Shown here piece after piece: positions 10,651 through 21,110 of a stretch of DNA of 64,000 nt (position 1 is its first letter; every line of letters starts with the position of its first letter). Location of the stretch: positions 96,001 through 160,000 of the forward strand of contig CAVWLW010000050.1 of NCBI GenBank assembly GCA_963755715.1. Reading direction: 5' to 3'. The translations under genes and the position numbers were made by a program. Below the pieces are notes generated by a model. It did no database searches, was not told the origin of the DNA, and was given only the letters and a program-made list of their open reading frames with translations. The stretch comes from an uncultured delta proteobacterium (lineage in GTDB: Bacteria; Desulfobacterota; Binatia; UBA9968).

Positions 10651-10733
10651 TTCAACGAAAAAAGTAGACTGAGCTAGCCCGGGTTTGACGGACACCGAAA
10701 AAGGGGACAAGAAACCCCTGGAGGAGGTGTTCG

Positions 10734-11028
10734 ATGACGAAGCGCAAGAGATTTAGCCCAGAGTTCAAGCGAGAAGCGGTCCGATTGATAGAGACATCGC
10801 AGAAGTCTATCGGCAGATCTAGGCCGCGAACTCGGCGTCAGGCGCAATCAACTTTATAAGTGGAAAGAACAGCTGAGTCAGCGTGGGGCAGGAGCTTTTC
10901 CTGGATCTGGACGAGGATCGGGCAGCAACGATGAGGTGGCTCGACTACGCAAGGAGTTGGAGCAGGTCAAAGAGGAGCGCGACATCTTAAAAAAGGCAGC
11001 CGCGTACTTTGCCAAGGAGCTCAAGTGA
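10734..11028 (+). CDS. IS3 OrfA (one indel near 10820)
   Basis: MTKRKRFSPEFKREAVRL..RELGVRRNQLYKW..EERDILKKAAAYFAKE; A6G slippery site near 10989. Confidence 0.85.
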
Positions 11029-11888
11029 AGTACGCCTTTGTCCGAGCTCATTCTCCAGAGTTTCGAGTCAGCCGGATGTGCCAAGTGCTGAAGGTCAGTC
11101 GCAGCGGCTATTATGACTGGCAGGGCCGTAGTGAGTCCCCGCGCAGCCAACGGGATCAGGTTCTGCTCAAAGAGATTCGTCAGATCCACGAACAGACCAA
11201 AGAAGCTTACGGAGCGATTAAGACCTGGCAGGCGTTACGACAGGCAGGAGTTGACTGTGGCAAGCACCGAGTGGCTCGACTACGGAGGTTGGCTGCCATA
11301 GAAGCGCGGCGGAAAAGAAAGTTTCGACTGGCTTATCGGTCTCGTCATAGTGCTCCGCCGGCTCCCAATTTATTAAAGTGGCCGTTCCAGGCCGCTCACG
11401 CCGATCAGATCTGGGTGACCGATGTAACGTTCATCCCAACTCGTGAGGGTTGGCTCTATCTTGCTGTACTCATCGACTTATACACTCGTTTGATCGTTGG
11501 TTGGTCAATGAAAGACCGGCCCAATCAGGAACTGGTCAATGAAGCTTTGATGATGGCTGTGGAGCAGCGACGGCCCAAACCGGGACTTATTCACCACAGC
11601 GACCAGGGGATTTTGTATTCCAGCGGGAGCTACCTTGAACTGCTCAACCGTTACGCGATGGTGCGTAGCATGAGCGGCAAGGGCAACTGCTATGATAATG
11701 CGGTGGCTGAAAGCTTTTTCAGTTCGTTGAAAAACGAGATCGTTCATCATCGGGACTACCACACCCGGGATCAAGCGAGGAGCGAGATCTTTGAATACAT
11801 CGAGCTGTTTTATAATCGCAGGCGACTACACCAATCGCTGGCGTACCAAACACCGATGAGCTACGACTCGACCAACGTGGGTGCTTAA
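11025..11888 (+). CDS. IS3 OrfB DDE transposase
   Basis: WVTDVT, HHSDQG, CYDNAVAESFF, FYNRRRLH. Confidence 0.95.
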   Translation: MKYAFVRAHSPEFRVSRMCQVLKVSRSGYYDWQGRSESPRSQRDQVLLKEIRQIHEQTKEAYGAIKTWQALRQAGVDCGKHRVARLRRLAAIEARRKRKFRLAYRSRHSAPPAPNLLKWPFQAAHADQIWVTDVTFIPTREGWLYLAVLIDLYTRLIVGWSMKDRPNQELVNEALMMAVEQRRPKPGLIHHSDQGILYSSGSYLELLNRYAMVRSMSGKGNCYDNAVAESFFSSLKNEIVHHRDYHTRDQARSEIFEYIELFYNRRRLHQSLAYQTPMSYDSTNVGA

Positions 11889-12052
11889 TTAACTGTCCGT
11901 GAAACCCGGGGCAGCTCAGCCTGACCCCTTTTCTCGTCCCTGACATATTGGCGTTGCTACGACAGCGCGAACTTCATCTGCAGCCAAGACAGTAACTTAT
12001 TTAGTCAGTCGTCGTTAGGTTGCCTATCGGCATCGTGTATTTTATCGATTCA

Positions 12053-12487
12053 CTAGCCCCGCCCTCGCACCGTTAAGACGGGAATCCGTGAATGTCTAAC
12101 GACCGACTCAGCGGTGCTCCCGAGAAAGGCCAGCGCGATGCCGGTTCGGCCATGAGAGCCCATAACGATCAAATCGGCCTTCCACTCATCGGAAGATGTG
12201 ACGATCTTTCGGCTTACGTTTCCTTCCACTAGATATTCCCAAGGTGGAGGATCGCCGCCGATTCGCCGTGCCGCGCATCGCAGAAGTCGCCGTGCTTGCT
12301 CACGGAATTCGTCGAGTACGTTTGAAGCGGGAAAGCCGCCTTCTGGTGCGTAGGCGATTCTCGGATCGAGCGCATGAAGCAACGCGATCTCCGCTCCGAC
12401 CGCTTTCGCGAGATCCCTCCCCACTTCCATTGCGTGAATCGAGATTGGGCTGTCGTCGAGGGCGATAAGAATACGCTGAAAACTCAT
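12053..12487 (-). CDS. Universal stress protein
   Basis: ILIALDDS, ADLIVMGSHGRTG..LGSTAESVVR. Confidence 0.93.
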   Translation of the reverse strand: MSFQRILIALDDSPISIHAMEVGRDLAKAVGAEIALLHALDPRIAYAPEGGFPASNVLDEFREQARRLLRCAARRIGGDPPPWEYLVEGNVSRKIVTSSDEWKADLIVMGSHGRTGIALAFLGSTAESVVRHSRIPVLTVRGRG

Positions 12488-12650
12488 GGCTCCCTCCTTT
12501 TTACTTTGCGTTTATCGCAATCCTCGCTGTAGCCGTCTGAATTTAAATTGAGCAACGGCTATGCCAGATCTTTCACTGCCCATTTGTCATCGTAAACCCG
12601 CTGCTTAGCGACAAGTATCGGAACCGAAATTGCTAGTGGTAATAGGCAAA

Positions 12651-13488
12651 ATGAACACTCTCGAATTTACGCTATTGATTGGCATCGGATCATTTCTCGC
12701 CGGATTTTTAGGATCTCTAACCGGCTTGGGCGGCGGAGTCGTCATTGTGCCGCTGTTGACATTGGTTTTTGGCGTTGACATCCGTTACGCCATCGGCGCG
12801 TCGCTAGTTTAAGTAATCGCAACCTCCTCAGGCGCCGCCGCTGCGTACGTCGGCGAAGGTTATAGCAACATGCGAATCGGCCATGTTCCTCGAGATTGCA
12901 ACGACGATCGGCGCGTTGGTTGGTGCGTTGCTCGCGGGAATGTTGGCCACGTCTCTGATCGCAGTGATTTTTGGCTTGGTATTATTGTATTCGGCCTACC
13001 TGGCGGCGGTGCCGAAACAGGAATGGATCGGTGACGGCAAGCCCGATCGGCTCGCTACTTTCCTCCGATTGGATGGCGATTATCCGACTGCGACGGGACG
13101 GCAAAACTATCATGCGCACGGTATACCGGGCGGCTTCAGTTTGATGTTTGTCGCTGGAGTGCTGTCGGGATTACTTGGCATTGGCTCGGGCGCGGTTAAG
13201 GTACTCGCCATGGATCAGATGATGCGTCTCCCTTTCAAAGTGTCCACCACGACGAGCAATTTCATGATCGGCGTCACCGCGGCCGCCAGCGCTGGGGTTT
13301 ATTTAAGCCGGGGCTACATAGAACCTGGATTAGTAATGCCGGTCTTGCTGGGGGTTCTCGCCGGATCACTGCTCGGCGCGCGGGTTCTGATCACCGCTCC
13401 AACAAAGAACTTACGGATTGTCTTTAGCTCCGTGATTGTGATCTTGGGCGTAGAGATGATTTTAAACGGAATAACCGGAAACTTGTAA
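12651..13488 (+). pseudogene. TauE/SafE sulfite-exporter family protein, interrupted
   Basis: GSLTGLGGGVVIVP, SGLLGIGSG, STTTSNFMIG; in-frame TAA at 12810 and a frameshift near 12880. Confidence 0.8.
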
Positions 13489-13489
13489 G

Positions 13490-13894
13490 ATGAAACTGCA
13501 GAGTGAACGAGCCATGCGCTGGCCTGATGAAAAAGTCGAGGCGGTGATGGGTAAACTCCTAATTGCCGGCGTGCTCCTCGCCGCGTCCGTAGTCTTATGC
13601 GGCGGCGCTCGTTTTCTTTATTTATATGGGGCGGCAACGCCTCACTATCGAGTGTTTCACGGTGCGCCGTTGGAACTGCGCACACTGAACGGAATACTCA
13701 GAGATGCAACCGCCCGGCGGGGGCAAGGCTTGATTCAACTGGGCGTTCTCATGCTTGTGGCAACTCCCATTGCGCGCGTGGCCTTTTCGATATTCGCCTT
13801 CGCCCGGCAGCGCGACTATTTGTATGTGAGCTTAACGTTGATCGTGTTCACGCTGCTCATGTATAGCTTCGTCGGCGGTCTCTACGATTTTTAG
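13490..13894 (+). CDS. DUF1634 membrane protein
   Basis: LIQLGVLMLVATPIARV..RDYLYV; usual TauE neighbour. Confidence 0.85.
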   Translation: MKLQSERAMRWPDEKVEAVMGKLLIAGVLLAASVVLCGGARFLYLYGAATPHYRVFHGAPLELRTLNGILRDATARRGQGLIQLGVLMLVATPIARVAFSIFAFARQRDYLYVSLTLIVFTLLMYSFVGGLYDF

Positions 13895-14134
13895 ACAAAA
13901 ACACTGCAGCCTCAGCGAGTTTTAGGCCGAAGCCATAGTCAACCGTGGCACTTGACCTCATGGCAGCACCATTTTGCCACACAGCGAGATCAATTAGCCG
14001 CACTTTGTTCCTCGCGAATTCGCGACGGAATCGCAATATCCAATCGACCCTCCGTTTACGACGGCGATCCGCGTCCATCATCGAGCATAGCTCCGGCATT
14101 TTTCTTGCGAAAGTCCTCGTCTGGGACAAACACG

Positions 14135-14952
14135 ATGAGTCGCAGAGAACAGCATGCTTGGTGCGTCGATGATATCCCGTATGTCGAATCGAAGCGAAAC
14201 GGGTTCAAGCCAATTGCCAATTGTTCTATTTGCTGGCATCCGCCTCGTTCGTAGAAGTTTCGTCGGAACTTTACACCGAGAATTTGCTCGCTTAGTTCGC
14301 GGGCGACAACGAAATGACTGACTGGCTCCGCAATCATTGGCTCGTGGAGGAACTCCGACACGGCACCGCGCTGAAACGATACATCAATGCGGTTTGGCCG
14401 GAGTTTGATTGGGGCCAAGTTTAGCGCAAATTTTACGCCGAATACTCGCTGTGGAGCTGTGCGAAGCAATTGGGCCCCACGCACGCGCTCGAAATGGTCT
14501 CGCGATGCCTGGTTGAGACGGGTACGTCGTGCCTCTACACCATGCTCTACCGGCTCACCGAGGAACCGGTATTACGCGTACTGATGGCACGCATGAAAAA
14601 AGACGAGATTTATCACTATAAAAACTTTTTCGATTGTTATTTGCGTTACCGGCATGACGAGCAGCCGCCGGCTCGCGTTGTGCTTAAAACGCTATGCAAA
14701 CGGATTTCCGAAATTGACGGCGAAGATGCCTTTATTACTTTTAAGCATGTCTTTGAACAATGCGTTCCTGACCGACCGTTTACTGCTAACGACTACCGAT
14801 TATTCTGTCACCACTTCATGGGTCTCGCGAAGCGCTATTTTCCGTACAACATGGCTGCACAGATGTTTCTGCGACCGCTGAACCTAGGGCCCTGGTACAA
14901 AGGCATTACCGTTCCGCTAGTCTCCACTGGTGCCAAATATTTCATTCACTGA
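14135..14952 (+). pseudogene. Ferritin-like (diiron) protein, several frameshifts
   Basis: W..DDIPY, EELRHG, RCLVETGTS..Y, DEIYHY (ExxH pairs). Confidence 0.65.
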
Positions 14953-15039
14953 TCGAGCGAAAATTGATGGGCTTATTGAAAAGAATCGTCGTCGGTCACG
15001 ACTTGCGATGCAGCGGTGACATCGCTCTGCAATCGGCGA

Positions 15040-15330
15040 TCGAGTTGGCCATGAGGTGCACCGGCGGCCACGACATCGCGCCGAACATAGTCATAGGCGC
15101 TTCGAGCACAGCCGGCGCAACCTGATCGAGCTGATGCGCCATCTCACCGCGCTGCCCGTCTACGACAACAGCGCGCACGCCGATCCGGCGACCGGCAAAA
15201 CTCCCAACTTGAACTGGTGCTCCACATGGAGCGCAGAAAGATACGCAACCCAACGATCTGAAACACACGCCCGATTAGGCAAGGCCAATCGTTGCCACGG
15301 CGCTAAAGCTGCACCAGCGTTGATCCTCAC
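15040..15330 (+). pseudogene. Degraded zeta-toxin-like ATPase C-terminal fragment
   Basis: GGHDI...RFEHSRRNLIELM.HLTAL.VYDNSA across frames. Confidence 0.5.
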
Positions 15331-15410
15331 GCTGCAACACAAACCGACGATGCGTGGCGTGCCCGCTCGACATCGGGACTTCGGTACAGGCGTTCGGGAA
15401 TTTGTCTTAG

Positions 15411-15690
15411 AGACAGGCTACTTTTCTTCTCGCTGCGCGGTCGGCCGCGTGATCGCAATGTGCTTCCAAGTCCGAAAGTCTCAGCTATTTCCCTTTGCCA
15501 TTCTGAGTGACCGTACGATCTTTGCCGATTCAGGCATTCCCGTACTGCCACCACTTGCAACTCGTCCAACGGATTTTTCAACTGCACCGACCACGAATTC
15601 TCTTCATCCGTAGGCAGGCGATCTATAAGCTGCCTTCGCAGAACGCCGCCCGCTGCCCTTTGCGCAGGGTTGTATTCCTGGGTAACGGGG
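15411..15690 (-). pseudogene. RAYT C-terminal remnant with end motif
   Basis: RECLNRQRSYGHSEWQREIAETFGLGSTLRSRGRPRSEKKSSLS, ending in GAAAAGTAGCCTGTCT. Confidence 0.7.
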
Positions 15691-15710
15691 CCAGAAACTA
15701 CACTTTGCAC

Positions 15711-15935
15711 ATTGAACCTTGAACCGGCGATCGTTCTATGGCCTATTGCCTTCATCCTTGCCTCAAGTCTATCTTGAGTGAAGCGCTGGAAGGTTGAAAG
15801 GGTTCCGTTTGGGAACATTGAAACTTTGAACGATCTCCGGCGTTAAACGTCTTGAACGGACTAGATTCGGGGGATCGCACGGCTTGAACGATTTGAATTC
15901 TCCCGAGTATTACGTTGAGCTTTGAACCTTGAACC
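15711..15935. repeat. Cluster of TTGAAC(C/G)-type short repeats
   Basis: Repeated TTGAACC, TTGAACG and TTGAAAC units; similar runs at 1243-1268 and 24329-24352. Confidence 0.55.
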
Positions 15936-15982
15936 ATCTCTTTACTGTTGCCTCATCCCTATTCGCTTGAAGGAGGAAATAA

Positions 15983-16663
15983 GTGAAAACACAAAGACTG
16001 TCATATCCGCTGGCATTGGCGCTCTGTTTCAATGGCTATTACGCCACCGCGCCGACGATCGGTCAGGCACAGCAACCGTCAGCGCAACAGAGTAAGCCGG
16101 CCGCAGGCGCAAACGCGGCGAGTAACGAAAGCTCAAGCGATGGCAAGCCACTTCGCTCGCCCGATGTCGTTTATGTACCGACGCCCTATGAAGCCGTCGA
16201 GGCGATGCTCAAAGTCGCCAAGGTCGGCAAGGACGACGTAGTGTACGATCTGGGGTCGGGCGACGGGCGCATCCCGATCATGGCGGTGCAGAAGTACAAT
16301 GCTGCGCGCGCTATCGGCATCGACATCAATCCCGACCGCATCAGTGAAGCACAAGCGAACCTCAAGACCGCGGGCGTCGGCGACCGCGTGCGCTTTCTCA
16401 ACGAAGATTTGTTCGAAGCGAAGATTAGCGATGCGACCGTGGTGACGCTCTACCTGTTGCCCAGCCTCAATCTTAAATTGCTCCCGAAACTATTGGCCGA
16501 ATTGAAGCCGGGAACCCGTATCGTCTCGCACGCCTTCGACATGGGCAGTTGGAAACCTCAACAGACGCTTAATGCCAATGGAAGCACTGTGTATTTCTGG
16601 ACGATTCCGGCCAAGGGAACGCCCGAATACAATGCTGCCAATGCCGCGGCAAATAAAATCTGA
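15983..16663 (+). CDS. Class I SAM methyltransferase with N-terminal signal-like peptide
   Basis: PDVVYVPTP, VYDLGSGDGRI, ATVVTLYL, GTRIVSHAFDMG; AGGAGG RBS. Confidence 0.88.
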   Translation: MKTQRLSYPLALALCFNGYYATAPTIGQAQQPSAQQSKPAAGANAASNESSSDGKPLRSPDVVYVPTPYEAVEAMLKVAKVGKDDVVYDLGSGDGRIPIMAVQKYNAARAIGIDINPDRISEAQANLKTAGVGDRVRFLNEDLFEAKISDATVVTLYLLPSLNLKLLPKLLAELKPGTRIVSHAFDMGSWKPQQTLNANGSTVYFWTIPAKGTPEYNAANAAANKI

Positions 16664-16776
16664 CGGGTTGCGCGGAGTGGTTTTTGGAGCCCGTTGTCCG
16701 TTGCCACGGTTGACCTTCTTTTCTCCTCACGAGAGGATTCTCTTTCCCGGCACGTTCGGCACCTCGGGACTGCGCG

Positions 16777-19239
16777 TTATGCGACCGCAGGCTTGATCGC
16801 GCGGCCGGTTGAATGAGTCTCCAACGGTCCAAACTGTCGAGCGATAAACTGCTTGATCGATTCATCGTTGGCAAAGATCTTCTGGGCGCGAGCCGTATCG
16901 ACTTCAATAGCGATAACATTCGGATCGTCGGTCCGGGCCTCCCGGAACACGCCGTTATGAATCATGCGCCGGACGGAAAGCCGATTGTCGTCCGTCGGGG
17001 TTAAGTAGTGCACGAGATCCGTCTTGTATCGATGCAGGAGAAAAAAGTGCATCAGGCTCATCAGACGCCGGGAACGGTATTTTTTGAGCGTGTTCTGGTC
17101 TTTGACCGCGAGAAATTTCCGGCCGGCCCGGTCCTTATCGACTCTAAACATGATCTCGGCTATTTTGTCACGGGCTTCGTCGAAAACATTGAGCATCATC
17201 TCTTCGGACCCGGCCCATCTCTCCTTCAGCTCGACGCTGAGATCACCGCCGGTGTAAAGGCCTTGGCGGGTCCAGTGCTGCCCCCACATGCGCAGCCAAC
17301 GTTCAAGCACACTCGTCGGCACTTCAACCGCCTTGCGATGCTGCGTCTCGGTTGATTTTCCGCCCATCGAAGTGGTCGTCAGCGACGGCCCCCTAGCGGC
17401 GCGCCGAAACCGGTCCGCCCAACCCCCACCGACAAACGTCTGAGGATACTGCGCTGGATCATTGGCCAAGCGCAGCGCGCGCTGAATCAATCTGACAAAT
17501 CCCAGCACGCCTTCTTCCCGTAGCGCCCGCGCTAAGCGGCCGTTCATCAGGGCCTCGGTTTGGTGGCCGCCGTAAGTGATAAAGTTATAAACATAGCCCA
17601 TCTTGCCCAACTCATGGGCATAGCTTCGGATCTGGCCATCGGTGAATCCCCAGGCATCCCAGTTCCAAGACGGCGAGAGATTGTAGGCCAGCATCTTGTG
17701 CGGGAACACCGCATGAATGGCTTCGGCCCAGTCTTTGTCGTCTTCCAAGTCCGGTTTGGCGGTCTCACGCCACACCAGGTCGGCGAAAGGCGCCATTGCC
17801 AACCCGCGACCAATCGCCATTTCCCGCCCGCCGGTAATCGGATAGAAACCTTCCGAGGTTCTCGGCAAATCCCAATCCCAAAAAATATCGATGTCCATGG
17901 ACTTTGCCCGCGCTCGCGCTTCCTCATGCGATACGCCCTTGGCAAATTGCCTCCACCGGTCGATCGGCATCGGTAGTTTCGTCTTGTTTTGCTGCCGCGT
18001 TTCCATAACTTCGGCGACGGCATCGGCATACGTTTTGAGGCCGGCTTTTTCGGCCCAAACCTGGCGGACCGCCGCGAGCACGCTATCCAGCGTCTCTTCG
18101 GTAACTTTTTTGATCATGATCTCAAGGGTCGCCAGTTCTTCGCGAAATTTGCGTTGACCGGTTCGTGGGTGACGAGCCTGCTGGCGGAGCCGTTTCAAAG
18201 CCGCCGCTTCCTTGTTGATCTTCTCGATCCCTTCGGTGATCCGCTGGGTCAAGCGTTCTTGTTTCAGCCATTCGCCCGCGGTCTTATACGCCTCTTCCGA
18301 GATCCTGTGCAGCAGGTGTCCATTGATCTCCCTGAATCCCGCCTCATAGAATTTTCTAATCACTGCGAGATTGACGTTCTTGAACGGCACGATGTGACGA
18401 TCGGTGGCCCCATAAACGAACGGATGGTCCCGCTCGTCATCCACGGTATCGATGGCCGTCGCATCGTGAGCATCGGTCCGGGCAACAATCACCCCCGGCA
18501 CTTTCATGGCGTCAAACTGTAGACGCGCGGTATTCAGACGCGAGATTATTTCGGCGGTAGAAACAAGAACCTTTTGTCCTTGATGTCCACAGACCTTGCA
18601 TCCTGCGCGTTGGTCTTCGATATGGATTGCGCCGATCTTGTTCTCGACAAATTTCTTGACCAGATTACGAATGTGATGCTCGCCCCCGTGTCCCGTATCC
18701 CCATCGGGAATGATCATGGGCGGGTTAAACTCGATGGCCGGCGTTTTCTTCCGTTGTAATGATGTCATCCTGATCCGGTTGGACCGTTGCACCTCATCTT
18801 GATGCAACAAGGCCCGCACCCACGCAGCCCCTTCCTTGGGGACGCGGTCCAACGCATAGTTGGCGAGGTCTGCGCCCGGGTCCTCGGATTCCGATCCCTT
18901 GGCGGAAGTGGCCCAGCCCCCCAGATAAAGAACTTTGATGCCTTCCATCACCGCTCGCACCGCTCCCGTCGACGAGAAGGGGCCATAGGTGATCTCCTGT
19001 TTTTTTTCGACGAAAAGCCGCTGCAGATAGTCGTGCATCTTGCGCGCCGATTCTCTGGCGATCGTGTAATCCTCCTGCAGGCTGCCGCGGAGCGACACGA
19101 CTTCGAAGGGGGTGTGCAGACGGGTAATGTGGCCGAACCTCTCGCTGTGAAACCAGGTCTCCGTCTCGCGTAACTCTTTCGCCCACTCCACGGCTTCAGG
19201 ATCGCGCCGTGCGTCTAGTCGGGTGATTTTTGCAGGCAT
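16777..19239 (-). CDS. aceA: Long-form (ICL2-type) isocitrate lyase
   Basis: LYLGGW, DLANY, DGDTGHGG, IHIEDQ..KVCGHQ, ARTDA, LAYNLSPSWNW, plus an extra C-terminal domain. Confidence 0.9.
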   Translation of the reverse strand: MPAKITRLDARRDPEAVEWAKELRETETWFHSERFGHITRLHTPFEVVSLRGSLQEDYTIARESARKMHDYLQRLFVEKKQEITYGPFSSTGAVRAVMEGIKVLYLGGWATSAKGSESEDPGADLANYALDRVPKEGAAWVRALLHQDEVQRSNRIRMTSLQRKKTPAIEFNPPMIIPDGDTGHGGEHHIRNLVKKFVENKIGAIHIEDQRAGCKVCGHQGQKVLVSTAEIISRLNTARLQFDAMKVPGVIVARTDAHDATAIDTVDDERDHPFVYGATDRHIVPFKNVNLAVIRKFYEAGFREINGHLLHRISEEAYKTAGEWLKQERLTQRITEGIEKINKEAAALKRLRQQARHPRTGQRKFREELATLEIMIKKVTEETLDSVLAAVRQVWAEKAGLKTYADAVAEVMETRQQNKTKLPMPIDRWRQFAKGVSHEEARARAKSMDIDIFWDWDLPRTSEGFYPITGGREMAIGRGLAMAPFADLVWRETAKPDLEDDKDWAEAIHAVFPHKMLAYNLSPSWNWDAWGFTDGQIRSYAHELGKMGYVYNFITYGGHQTEALMNGRLARALREEGVLGFVRLIQRALRLANDPAQYPQTFVGGGWADRFRRAARGPSLTTTSMGGKSTETQHRKAVEVPTSVLERWLRMWGQHWTRQGLYTGGDLSVELKERWAGSEEMMLNVFDEARDKIAEIMFRVDKDRAGRKFLAVKDQNTLKKYRSRRLMSLMHFFLLHRYKTDLVHYLTPTDDNRLSVRRMIHNGVFREARTDDPNVIAIEVDTARAQKIFANDESIKQFIARQFGPLETHSTGRAIKPAVA

Positions 19240-19309
19240 GGGGAGTGCCTCCTGAAGTGAGGATGCGTTAAGATCCCAGGGACCTTTAGACGATCACTTT
19301 CAATGGCGA

Positions 19310-19500
19310 ATTACAAGAAGCCGTAGAGTCCTTTCGGTTCGCCGTCGACGACCCAGACGCAGTATGCTGTCGACCCCGAACATCGGCGCCATTGCAGCTT
19401 GCCAGACCGCTTTTCCGAACGATCTCTCCCGGTTCAGTCGGTCACGAACCACGCGCACGAACATGGGCTTTGTGATTCTTCCTCGCGGAATTCTCGCCAC
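19310..19500 (-). pseudogene. Internally deleted RAYT (N-terminus joined to C-terminus)
   Basis: MARIPRG directly followed by RDRLNRERSFGKAVWQAAMAPMFGVDSILRLGRR. Confidence 0.55.
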
Positions 19501-19737
19501 GAAGCGCTTCTCTAACAGGAGTGATAAAAAATTATCAAGATTGTCAAGATTAGAAAGTCTGGCCCTGCGCTCTCCCCTTTCTTTGAGTCCTCGCGTCAGG
19601 AAAGCCGAGCTGGGTCAAGCTAAAAGAATTGTCTTGAATAAAAAGCGTGAGCCACCTCACGCCTGCCTTTACATTTCGACGTTTCGAGAATTCCCGAAAC
19701 GTGGAAGTTCGTTCAAGGATTGAAAAGGCTCACAATG

Positions 19738-19796
19738 AAAAAGTAAGTGATGTGCCAGCCGTACCCAGGAAGAAAATGGCGGTTGGCGCGCGGCAT
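19738..19796 (-). pseudogene. RAYT N-terminal remnant
   Basis: MPRANRHFLPGYGWHITY, nearly identical to 24362-24424. Confidence 0.6.
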
Positions 19797-19956
19797 CGCT
19801 GGCTCTTAGAGTAAATGATTCAACCTCAAAAAGTGGACGCTAAGCCTCTAATCGACGCCTATATCACAAACTTATGTCGGGGAATCAAGATCTTGCGCTG
19901 TCCGACCGGCGAGATGTTTCCCTAGAAATTCTGACCCTGTCGTTTCCCCTCTCGGA

Positions 19957-20466
19957 TCATCTTCCCGCCGCGCGCGCTCCAGTTTGTCCGTCCTGATACC
20001 CGAGCGCGCGCGCAATCCAGGCATCAACGCTGACTCTTCCCGGTCCGGAGCAGATTAACCAGACCAAGATGATGATATACATGGTTTCAGGCAGATAGAG
20101 GAAATCGTCGAGCCAGTCGAGAAACGAGAGCCCTTTCGAAATCGTCGCAAGCTGCACCGTCGTGATCGCGACGATCATCTGGATGATAAGAGCAGCGCAG
20201 CACAGGCTCGAAAGCAACCCGATGACGAGCAGGCAGCCGCTGATGAACTCGACCGAGGAGACGAAATAAGTCATGAAATGCGGAAAAGGAATTCCGGCGC
20301 CGGCGAGGGTTTCATACATCCGGCGGGTGTGGCTGGCGACGAAGAGCTTGTTTCCTCCCGAAATGGCGAAAAACATTCCGAGCAAAACGCGGGCGAGTAG
20401 GATCGAAAATTGCTCCCACGAACGGTTTCCGAGCAGCACTGACCGGATCAATGCATCAGGCTTCAT
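19957..20466 (-). CDS. DoxX family membrane protein
   Basis: LLARVLLGMFFAISGGNKL, EFISGCLLVIGL, SGPGRVSVD. Confidence 0.88.
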   Translation of the reverse strand: MKPDALIRSVLLGNRSWEQFSILLARVLLGMFFAISGGNKLFVASHTRRMYETLAGAGIPFPHFMTYFVSSVEFISGCLLVIGLLSSLCCAALIIQMIVAITTVQLATISKGLSFLDWLDDFLYLPETMYIIILVWLICSGPGRVSVDAWIARALGYQDGQTGARAAGR

Positions 20467-20604
20467 GGCGTTAGTTCCTCTGCAAGTTATCCTATGAAAA
20501 GCGTTCCCTCGAACGTCCGCTCGCCTCACGGGCACGTATTCACGTCACTTGTAATATAGTTTATTTTATTGCCTTGGAATCCCCTCGGGAACAGAGACTA
20601 ACCG

Positions 20605-21014
20605 ATGACACCAGAGTTGGAACGCGCCGTCGAGCGCTATAGACAGTGGTTCGGTTCCTACAAAAAATCGGGTGAGTTGATAAAAGTGCAGGTTTGGCTC
20701 ATCGTCAATAAGGGATGCATCGAGTTTCTGAGCCTCGATGATTCGTACAAAGTTAAGCGCCTACGCAGGAACCCGCGCGTAATTTGCTATATCGGCGATA
20801 AAGAAGGCCCTCAGATCGCTGGTACTGCCGAAATCGTGATGGGCCGAGACGCCCTCTGGCGGGTCTATCGAGCTATTGGAAAACCCACCCGCTAGTGATG
20901 GCAGTCATCGCCCTCCCAATTAGACGGCGCATAAAAACTCGCAAACAGGTTCTCATTCGCGTCCGCCCAGATGAGCCGAATCCCTTGGCCGGCGTGACGG
21001 ATCCTGTATTTTGA
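20605..21014 (+). CDS. Pyridoxamine-5'-phosphate-oxidase-like protein (frameshift near 20875)
   Basis: VQVW..SYKVKRLRRNPRV; continues WKTHPLVM..VLIRVRP in another frame. Confidence 0.6.
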
Positions 21015-21110
21015 TCCCAAGCCTCTTCTACTCAGCCGGCCAGATTCTCGGTCTTTCAAAAACTCATTACGCCGCGCTTAACCTGACCACGAGAATGCTG
21101 CCTTATCGGC

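Larger units (their letters stand above)
10670..11918 (+). mobile_element. IS3-family insertion sequence
   Basis: TG...CA ends; IRs TGAGCTAGCCCGGGTTTGACGGACA and TGTCCGTGAAACCCGGGGCAGCTCA; flanks GAC/GCC (imperfect 3-bp target duplication). Confidence 0.9.

Noticed and set aside
12810-12812. In-frame stop in the TauE gene as possible recoding
   Set aside because: It is TAA at a position expected to be Ser (TCA), and a frameshift follows. This fits mutation or sequencing error, not Sec or Pyl.
15711-15935. TTGAAC repeats as a CRISPR array
   Set aside because: Units are 6-7 bp, degenerate and irregularly spaced; no cas genes are present.
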